Assembly (NCBI GenBank): GCA_025354565.1
Contig: JANXMQ010000247.1
Span: 5,880 to 69,879, forward strand
Length of the DNA: 64,000 bases
Origin: Akkermansiaceae bacterium
GTDB lineage: Bacteria; Verrucomicrobiota; Verrucomicrobiia; Verrucomicrobiales; Akkermansiaceae
Direction of reading: 5' to 3'
The translations under genes were made by a program, and so were the position numbers. Positions 26,754-36,000 of the stretch are shown here, in pieces. Position 1 is the stretch's first letter. Every line of letters begins with the position of its first letter. The notes under the pieces were generated by a model, which worked only from the letters and a program-made list of their open reading frames with translations, was not told where the DNA came from and did not search any database.

Positions 26754-27356
26754 CTATTTCTCAGGCGGCGCGGGTGGTGCGGGTGGCGCTGGCGGGGTCG
26801 CGAGGTGAGTCTTGATCGCATCGAGCAGCGAAGTCCCGGTTTCCTTCTGATGACGAATCGCAAGACCCGCGCAAACCGCAGCGATGGCGAGAATTAGAAA
26901 AAGGAGCGTCGAGCCACAGCCGCCATCGGTGCGGCGAGCGGGGTAGGCGGAGGCGGAGGCCGACATTTGCGGCGATGGTTTGCTATCGACCGGGACTTCC
27001 GCCTCGCGGGTGATCGGGGAGGATTCAATCGGCTTTTCACGGGCGAGAGCACTGATTTCCTCATCCGTTAGCATGAAATCAAATGAGACGTCGCCAATTT
27101 TCACCGTGGCCCCGCTGCGTAGCGGAATCAGATCGAGACGGACGCCATCGAGCTTGATGCCATTGGTCGAGCCGATGTCGCGCAGCTCGTAGCCACCTTC
27201 GATCCGGCGCATTTCCGCATGATGCACCGAGACTGAGGCGGACTCGATGGCAATGTCATTCTCGCTGCCTCGCCCGAGGGTGACCACTTGGCGGTCCAGT
27301 TGGAAACGGTAAGGCTGGGCATTTTTCTCAGGAACGGTGATCGTGACGCGAGGCAT
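26754..27356 (-). CDS. FHA domain protein with a C-terminal TM anchor
   Basis: The FHA core is VVTLGRGSENDIAIESASVSVHHAEMRRIEGGYELRDIGSTNGIKLDGVRL. The TM helix is LLFLILAIAAVCAGLAI. The tail is Pro-Ala-rich. Confidence 0.85.
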   Translation of the reverse strand: MPRVTITVPEKNAQPYRFQLDRQVVTLGRGSENDIAIESASVSVHHAEMRRIEGGYELRDIGSTNGIKLDGVRLDLIPLRSGATVKIGDVSFDFMLTDEEISALAREKPIESSPITREAEVPVDSKPSPQMSASASAYPARRTDGGCGSTLLFLILAIAAVCAGLAIRHQKETGTSLLDAIKTHLATPPAPPAPPAPPEK

Positions 27357-27438
27357 AATGATGTAAACGATTAGGTTGCAAAGTTTCTACCGTTAAACTC
27401 GCCCGCAATGCACGATTTTTTCTCCGCCAGGAAAAAAT

Positions 27439-28242
27439 CTAAAGCGCGAAGGTGATATTGACGATGACTGCAATCGTCTTCCCGCCCACGAGCGATGGGG
27501 TAGGAGAAAATGTCCAAGCGTGGGCGGCGTCCACGGCAGCTTGGTCGAGCGCTGCGTTGCCGCTGCCATGATAAAGACGGGTCGAAGCGGCGGAACCATT
27601 GCCTCGGACCATGACCAGCACGGCGACTTTGCCGGATATTTTCGCTGCCTTAGCGGCGGCAGGATAGCGCGGTGGCGGTGCGTGGAGTAGCTTCGGCGGC
27701 GGGATTGGCGTGTCACGTTTCGCGGGCCGGTCAGGGTTGGATGATTTCCCACTTCCGGCTTTCACGGCGGGGCGACCGGGTGAAACGGAGCGTGCGGAAG
27801 AACCCGTCGGCGCAGCGGTAGGCGCGGCTTCTGGCCCAGCATCCTGAGTAACTACTGGTGTTAGAATGGGCGTGCTCGCGGGTAGATCCAGATCCATGTG
27901 GATCACGTTCAATGGCATCGTCACACGAAGCGGAGCGGCGGCGAAAGCAGGCCGTGATTGAGCTTGTGAAGAGGGCTGCGGTTCGCTCACACGCGGGCTG
28001 CGGACTGGCGTGGACTCGAAATCCGCAGACGCCTCTGTGGCAACTGGGCTTGTCGCCCCCCCCCCCTTCAAATTCACAAAAGGTAACCAGAAGGCGGCGG
28101 CGATCAAACAGGCGTGGATGCCGAGCGAAACCAATAGACCAGCCCTGCCAGTATGGGATTTCTTCGCCAGCAAGCGCAAGAGCTCCGGGCTGGGGGGCAC
28201 CGGAGTTCGCGGGACGTCAGGCTTTTTCAGCAAAGAATTCAC
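27439..28242 (-). CDS. tonB: TonB-family energy transducer (C-terminal TonB domain)
   Basis: It has an N-terminal TM helix (LLVSLGIHACLIAAAFWLPF), a Pro-rich linker, and the C-terminal segment PPPRYPAAAKAAKISGKVAVLVMVRGNGSA...AAVDAAHAWTFSP. Confidence 0.75.
   Translation of the reverse strand: MNSLLKKPDVPRTPVPPSPELLRLLAKKSHTGRAGLLVSLGIHACLIAAAFWLPFVNLKGGGATSPVATEASADFESTPVRSPRVSEPQPSSQAQSRPAFAAAPLRVTMPLNVIHMDLDLPASTPILTPVVTQDAGPEAAPTAAPTGSSARSVSPGRPAVKAGSGKSSNPDRPAKRDTPIPPPKLLHAPPPRYPAAAKAAKISGKVAVLVMVRGNGSAASTRLYHGSGNAALDQAAVDAAHAWTFSPTPSLVGGKTIAVIVNITFAL
28056..28066. repeat. Homopolymer tract C11 (G11 on the coding strand of the tonB-like gene)
   Basis: The plus strand reads tgtcg-ccccccccccc-ttcaa. 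On the minus strand it reads aat ttg aag ggg ggg ggg gcg (NLKGGGA). Confidence 0.95.
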
Positions 28243-28252
28243 CGGGGAAATT

Positions 28253-29128
28253 TCAGCGCCCGCCTAATGAGGTGGGCTTGTAGCCCTTAGTCTCGGATGT
28301 GCCCTTGCCGAAGTCGAAGCCAAATATCAGCCAGCACTCCGCATGTGGCGAGGTGTCGGTGAGTCCGGCCATGGTCACAAGGTCGAGATGAGTGTTCGCG
28401 GTGGGCCGCCATTGGACCGTTGGCCCGAGAATTCCCTCGGATTTCTCACCCACGGCATGGGTGAACTGGCCTTCGATGCCGACGGATAGACAACTGTCCA
28501 CCAGCGTCTTTGAAATACCGGCCGCCAGCCGCCATTCGGCTTCCGCAGCACCCCAGACCCGTCGTTCATGGATGAAGTTCACCCCCCAATGCCAGCCCTG
28601 GCCGAAATCATCGCCGAAGAGTAACTTCGGCTCACTGCCGTCTGCGCCTTCGTGGCAAAAAGCGTATTCAAAATAGAGCGTCGGATTCAACGGAATCACT
28701 CCCCAGTCTGCAAACGCATAGCGCAATTCAAACGCCACCTCCTCTTGTTGCCAGCCCTTGCCATCTGCGTTGTTGTGAATGGCGTTTTCGTAAATATCGA
28801 GCTGCATCCGGTGGGGCAAACCCACTTCCACTTCCGTCTGCGAGCGCTGCGTGACCCTCCCGCCATCGAGCGTTCGGACGCGATACCATTCCTCAAGCCC
28901 CACTTCCCAAGGATCTTTCTGGATGTAAATCCGCGTGGTGCTGAACCGGCGCTGTTGCACCCACTCGGGCTCGGCGTTCACGCCTGTCAGCTTATCCTCG
29001 CTCAGCTCCGAGCCGCTCACTACCACGTCACCGACGACCGGCGGGCTGGACGATTGTTCGGCGTGGACAAATCCTGCCAGGACCAGAGACGCGGCAAGAA
29101 CCAAAGTGGTTGTTAGTTTCTCAAACAT
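28253..29128 (-). CDS. Hypothetical secreted / outer-membrane protein
   Basis: The signal peptide is MFEKLTTTLVLAASLVLAGFVHAEQ, with the start moved to ATG 29128. Alternating aromatic/polar strands suggest a beta-barrel. Its stop lies 10 nt upstream of the tonB-like gene. Confidence 0.5.
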   Translation of the reverse strand: MFEKLTTTLVLAASLVLAGFVHAEQSSSPPVVGDVVVSGSELSEDKLTGVNAEPEWVQQRRFSTTRIYIQKDPWEVGLEEWYRVRTLDGGRVTQRSQTEVEVGLPHRMQLDIYENAIHNNADGKGWQQEEVAFELRYAFADWGVIPLNPTLYFEYAFCHEGADGSEPKLLFGDDFGQGWHWGVNFIHERRVWGAAEAEWRLAAGISKTLVDSCLSVGIEGQFTHAVGEKSEGILGPTVQWRPTANTHLDLVTMAGLTDTSPHAECWLIFGFDFGKGTSETKGYKPTSLGGR

Positions 29129-29223
29129 GTAGCTAAGAAACGCATCGCCTCGGAAACTACTTAGAAGAAAATACCATCGGGAAATGTTCCCAGCGAAATC
29201 TATCAACAGACCGGCGGCGGATT

Positions 29224-29841
29224 TCAACAACCCGAAGAAACCCACGGTGCCGGGATCTCGATCACCTGCATGCCGGCCCGTTGAGCCGCGAGGATACCGG
29301 CTGGCGCGTCTTCCAAGGCCAGGCACTTCGACGGTGCCACACCTAACAATTTTGCCGCCCGCAGGAAAATGTCCGGGGCCGGCTTCCCATCAGTCACGTC
29401 ATCTGCCGTCACCACTTCATCGAACCAGTCGGAAATCCCGACGATCTTCAGCGTTTTTTCAATCACCATCCGCGAGCCACCCGTCGCGATCGCCATCGGC
29501 ACCTTGCCCCGGAGACTTTCCGCGAACGCGGCCACTTCCTCGATCAGCGTCACCGTATGCATGCGCCGCAGAAAGGCCTCCCGCTTGGCGAGCGCCACCT
29601 CCGCCGGATCCAGCTTCAAATTGTACTTATCATTGAGCTCCACCACGATGTCCATGGTCGGCCTCCCACCCATCGCGAAAAATACGTCTTCCTTGAAAAC
29701 GCCGCCCGCCCCGTAAAGTCCGAGCGCCTCACACCAAGCGTCGAAATGCGCCGGCATCGAGTCCACGAGCGTGCCATCACAATCGAAAATCACGGCGTCA
29801 AAACCACTGGTAGGGAAGGAGAAGGGACCGATATTTGCCAT
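29224..29841 (-). CDS. HAD-superfamily hydrolase (beta-phosphoglucomutase-like subfamily)
   Basis: It has the motifs FDAVIFDCDGTLVDS, IATGG and ALEDAPAGILAAQRAGM. Confidence 0.8.
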   Translation of the reverse strand: MANIGPFSFPTSGFDAVIFDCDGTLVDSMPAHFDAWCEALGLYGAGGVFKEDVFFAMGGRPTMDIVVELNDKYNLKLDPAEVALAKREAFLRRMHTVTLIEEVAAFAESLRGKVPMAIATGGSRMVIEKTLKIVGISDWFDEVVTADDVTDGKPAPDIFLRAAKLLGVAPSKCLALEDAPAGILAAQRAGMQVIEIPAPWVSSGC

Positions 29842-30087
29842 TTCGCCGCACGGCTTATGCGGATGATTCGCGGTTGGCAAGAGCGGTTAGTGAGAAATTT
29901 CGTGGATTGGGCCGGGCAATGAATGAAGGAGAAGCGGCGCTTTCAAGCCATCCACCGCATAAGGATTCGCGAACGCTCTCATTTTCCAGCCAAGGTGTCT
30001 AAATCGTAACCATAGGCAGGTTGTTGCTCTGTTGTAGGCCATGAAGGGTCACGAAGTCCGTTGAAGAAATCCCAACAGCAAACCTTC

Positions 30088-33000
30088 ATGAATTCGCTCT
30101 CCCATCCTTCCTGCCTGATTCGTCCATACAAGCTTTTATCATCCACTCTAGCAGCTTGCGCGGTCGGCGTGGTCGCTTTTTCCGCTGCCGTGCATGCGGC
30201 GGCGTTCACCAATGGCAATCTCGCCGTTTTGCAGGTGGACGCATCTTCAGCCAACACGACGGGATCGGTTGTCGAACTCAGTCCGACTGCCGCAGGTCAG
30301 ACGCCTACCAACGTCATCACACTTGACGGCACCACCTCAGCAGTCGCGTTACGCTTCAGCGGATCTGCGACCAGCACCGGCTACGTGGCAAACTCAGCGG
30401 ACGGTACGCTACTGACTTTCACTGGTGCAAACAACACCAACACGTCGGCCAATGTCAATACGCTCAACCCACGCGCTGTCGGTACGCTCAACAACTTAGG
30501 CTCCTTCAATCTCGCCACTACCTACACCGGCGTGAGCAACAACCAAACCCGCGGGGCGACCACTTTAAACAAGACCACTTGGTATATCGGCGATCAAAAC
30601 GGTATCTATACGAATGCTTCTACTTCAGCGAGTCCAAGTGGAAACTTCCGCAGTATAAAAGCGTTCGGCAGCACCGTGTATGGCTTTACGTCCTCGGCGA
30701 GTCTCGCGCCAGTTGCCACCATCTCAGCGGCCTCGGGCGGCACTGCGACTTCGTTGCCAGGTTTGGCCGTCGGTGCGACCAGCCGCCAAGACTTTTATCT
30801 CATATCCTCGGGCAGCAATGGCACCACTTTTGACACACTTTATGTGCTTGACGCCACGTCTGGCAGCGCAGGTACCATTTTTAAATATTCACTTGTCGCT
30901 GGCTCATGGACTGCAAACGGCAGCTACACCACGGCCTTCGGCGGCTTTGGTCTTGCAGCAACGAAGAGCGGCACGGGTGCGGCGCTCTTCGTTTCCACCG
31001 GCACTGGCGCGACTATTACAAACAGTGTAATCCGCGTCACTGACACTGCTGGCTTTAATAGCAACATTGCCGTGACCACTGCAAACAATGTTACCCTCTA
31101 CACCGCTGCGACTGGCAAGATCATCAAAGGTGTCGCCTTCGCGCCAACAGCCGCTGCCGTCACCAACTACACCCTCACCTACACCGCCGGTGCGAACGGC
31201 TCCATCACCGGCACCACTCCGCAGACCGTCGCCTCCGGTGGCAACGGCACGGCCGTGACCGCCGTGGCGAACACGGGCTACCATTTCACCCAGTGGAGTG
31301 ACGGTTCGACCACCAATCCCCGCACCGAGTCCAATGTCACTGCCAATCTGAGCATTTCAGCGTCCTTTGCCATCAACACTTACACCCTCACCTACACCGC
31401 CAACGCCAACGGTTCTATCACCGGCACCAGCCCGCAAACAGTGAACTATAATACGAGTGGTTCCGCCGTGACCGCCGTGCCCAGCGCAGGTTACAGCTTC
31501 ACCCAGTGGAGCGACGGTTCTACCGCCAATCCTCGCACCGACGCCAACGTCGTCGCCAACCTGAGCGTGTCCGCCTCCTTCGCCCTCAACTCTTACTCCT
31601 TGACCTACACTGCCAACGCCAACGGCTCGATCAGTGGCATCACTCCGCAGACAGTCGGCTCTGGTAACAATGGCACCGCCGTGACCGCCCTGCCAAACAC
31701 CGGCTACCACTTCACCCAGTGGAGTGACGCGTCCACCGCCAATCCCCGCACCGATTCCAACGTGACCGCCAATCTGAGCGTGTCCGCGTCCTTCGCCATC
31801 AACACCTACACCCTGACCTACGACGGCAATGGCAATACAGGTGGCTCCGCTCCTGTCGATGCCAGTGGACCTTACAATTACAACTCAACGGTGACGGTGC
31901 TGGATAACACCGGTTCGCTGATCAAGACGGGCTACGCCCTCAGCGGCTGGAACACCGCCGCCAACGGCAGCGGCACGGACTACAGCGCAGGCAGCACCTT
32001 TAGCATTTCCGCCAATACCACGCTTTACGCGAAGTGGTTGGTGAGTTTGCCTTCGGTGGTGATCACAGAAGTCGCACCGTGGTCCAGCGGCACCGCCGCA
32101 GTGGGAGCGGATTGGTTTGAACTTACTAACACCGGTTCCACGACCGTCAATATCACCGGCTGGACGATGGATGACAATTCCAACAGTTTCGCCGCATCAG
32201 TAGCCCTTAGTGGAATCACCTCCATCGCGCCAGGTGAGTCTGTTATTTTCATTGAAACAACGACAGCCACTGGTGCTGTGAACGCATTGAAGACGGCTTG
32301 GTTCGGAAGCAATCCGCCGCCTAGCTTGCAAATCGGCACTTACTCCGGTTCGGGCGTCGGTCTCAGCGGCAGCGGTGATGCGGTAAACATCTTTGATGGT
32401 AGCGGCAATCGCGTAACCGGCGTCGCCTTCGGCGCATCACCGACAGTGGCACCTCTGGCCACCTTCGACAACAAGGCAAGTCTCGGGAGCAGCACACTGC
32501 CGCTTCCTATCATCTCGACACTCAGCGTCACGGGGACAAACGGCGCATTTGTCGCAGCCAACGATTCTTCTGAAATCGGCTCTCCAGGCACGACGAATAC
32601 AGTGGTAGGACCAGACCTCACCGTAAACGTCACGGCCCCGGCCACAGCCACATCAGGCGTGAACTTTGATTATACAATCACGGTTTCTAACATCGGTACA
32701 GTCAGCGCGACAGGCGTGGCATTGAATTTCACACTTCCTGACGGATTAAACTTCGTTTCCGCAAGCGGAACCAACAGCTTCACTGGCACGAATAACCTAG
32801 GTGTCATCAATTTCATTGGTGGTAGTATCAACGCCGCCAGCTTCGCAACGCTGACCGTAAGTGCAAACGCAGCAAGCACTGGCACATATGCAGCCGCCGT
32901 GGGCGCGGCAATCGTCGATCCTGCGAATGCAATCACCGAGGCAAATGAGTACAACAACACTAGCACGACTGCAACTAGCACCGTCATCTCTGGCCCCACA

Positions 33001-36000
33001 ATCCCAAGCATTACGACTCAGCCAGCCAGCATTTCGATCACCACGGGTAGCATAACCACGCTCAACGTCGCTGCCAATGGCTCCCCTGCTCCGTCCTTTC
33101 AATGGTATGCTGGCACGAGCGGCACGACAACGACTCCGGTCGGCACGAACGATTCCAGCTTCACAACGCCCTCGTTACTCACCAGCACCAACTACTGGGT
33201 TCGCGTCACGAACTCCGCTGGCAGTGTGGACAGCACCACGGCCACGGTCACGGTGAGTGGCTACTTGGCCGCTTACACATCGAGCAATCTGCAAATCAAA
33301 ACACCTGATACTAACACATGGAACCCCGCTGGAGTCACTGTCAATGGCACGAACTTCATCAATCTCGGTCTGCAGGGCGTTGGCCGCATCCCCGCCGGTC
33401 TAACGGACACCACTGCAAACGCTGGTGGCAAACAAACAGCCAACACGGGTGAGTCCGTCGGCTCTGTTTCCGATATGCAAATCAGCGATTGGAAAAAGAA
33501 CTCCAATGGCACCTACAGCGGCACGTTCAACACCCTTCCTGACCGTGGCTATAACAGCGGCACGATCTACTCCAACTTTGCTGCGCGCGTGAACAAGTTC
33601 GACTTCACCTTCACTCCCTACACTAGCAATACCCCAACCACCGCGCAGAACCAAATTAACGTCAACTTCTCTGGTTCCGAGCGCTTTACCTATGATCGTG
33701 GTGGCAATACTCCTACCTTTACGACCGGCTTACTTGCTGATGCTACCACAAACTTGTTCGGCGTTCTTGCTCCGGCCGCTAACACCAGCACAACACAGAG
33801 CGACGGAACCGTCTCAAACCGCCTCAGCGTAGATGCGGAAGGCTTCGTGCTCGACCGCCGGGCTGGCAAATCAGGCGCAGGCTGGGTCAGTGATGAATAC
33901 GGTCCCTACATCTATCACTTCAACTCCAGCAAGCAACTCGATGGTCAGCTTCAGCTTCCTGCGGCACTTCTGCCTCACAAGCCAGTCGGCACACTCAGCT
34001 TCGTGGACACCAATGTGAATGGCCGACGCACAAACCAAGGTCTGGAAGGTCTCTCCCAAAGTCCCGACGGACGCAAACTCTTCGGCCTCATGCAAAGCGC
34101 CACGTTGCAAGACTCCGGCTCCACCAACCAAAGCCGATACAACACCCGCCTCCTCGTTTATGATGTATCTGCCTCCGACGTGCCGAACGATCCCGTTGCC
34201 CAGTATGTAATCCAGCTCCCACAAATCACCTCATCAGGCAATGGCAGTAGCCCAGACCGTAACGGCGCTCAAAGCAGTATCCTCTCCCTAAATGATCATC
34301 AGATCCTCATCCTCTCTCGTGATGGCAACGGCCGCGGTGCCAGCGGTTCACCGGTCTTCAAGTCCATCCTCCTCGCGGATCTCTCCACCGGCACGAATAT
34401 CGACGGCCTCTATGATGCCGAAGGTGCCGCCGTCGCTCCCGGTGCGGTCCTTTCCCCCAGCGTGACCCCTCTTACTTGGTCAGAAGCTCTGAACATGATT
34501 GGAAAACTCGGGGCTTCGTCCAGCGCAGAGGTTGCCAAATTCGGGCTTAACCTGAATACCGCACCCGGCGATATCAATACCATCTGTGAGAAATGGGAGG
34601 CTCTCGCACTCGTTTCCGCGAACGATTCGGCGAATCCTAACGACTACTTCCTCTTCGTCTCTAACGACAATGACTTCATCTCCGGCACTGGGAAATACAT
34701 GGCCACAGACGGCACCATCACCAGTTACGATGCAGGCCTGGAAAACGACACGCTCTTTCTCGCCTGGCGCATACGCATGACTGGCCCGGACAACCAAGCA
34801 CCCTTCGTCGCGAACACGATTCCAAATCAATCAGCTTTCACAGGTTCAACACTCACCTACCAATTTCCAAGCTCCACATTCACAGATCCAGAAAGTGGCA
34901 CTCTCAACTACAGCGCCACAATGTCGGATGGCACCTCGCTTCCTTCATGGCTATCATTCAATCCTGCCACCCGCACCTTTACTGGCACACCGAGCACGAC
35001 GGACATTGGCACATTGGTCGTAATGGTCACCACCACGGACAATGGCACGCCTAGCTTGTCTGCAAGCACATCATTCACCATCACCATCTCACCTCTGACT
35101 TTTCTCGGTGTAGCCTCCGGTGATGCGGACAGCAGCAGTGCAATTCTCTGGACTCGGACGAACGAGGGCGTCGCGGCCAACTTGACCGCGCAAGTCGCCA
35201 CCGATCTGGCATTTAGCACCCGAGTGGCGTTCAACACCGTGGTGGACCCAACGAAGGACTGCACCGCCAAAGTCAGTGCCACCGGCCTCGCCTACGGCAC
35301 GAAGTTTTACTACCGCTTCGTTGTCACTGGCTCCAGCGAGACCAGCGGCATCGGCACATTCAAGACCGCACCCGCAGCGAATACCTCGTCCCCTCTCCAC
35401 TTCGCTTTCAGCGGTGACAACGACGGACTCATCCGCCCCTACGCCCTGGCCAGTCTGATCCCCGCGCAGAACCTCGACTTCTATATCAATCTCGGCGACG
35501 TGATTTACGAAAACGCAAGCAACCTCACCACCAGCGGTGCCCATAATGGCGCGTCATGGCTTAACTCACCATCCGTCACCCTCTCTAACGACTCTCTGTC
35601 ATTCAACGGCGTCCCTCGCGCCTTCATCCCCGCCGGTACTCCCTTTGCCACGGGGGCTCAGTTGAAGGCGGATTACGAAAAGAAATATCGTGAGAATTTC
35701 CTCCCCGTGAACACCGGCGGCCAAAACAGTCTCCAAGTCCTCTACGCCTCACAAGGCAACTACACCACGTGGGACAACCATGAGCTGGGCAACCGGAAAT
35801 ACATCGACGGTGGCGCACCTGCGGGTGGCTCCGTCGGCGGCACCGCCGGCACGGACATGGCCTCCGGTCGTGGCGCGGACGCACGCGATAACGTCGGCGG
35901 CAACGTCAACGACGTGAACACCTCCGCCACCGATATCATGAACCGTGCACCAGGTTGGCAAATACTCCGCGATACCTTCCTGAGCTACCAGCCCATGGCT

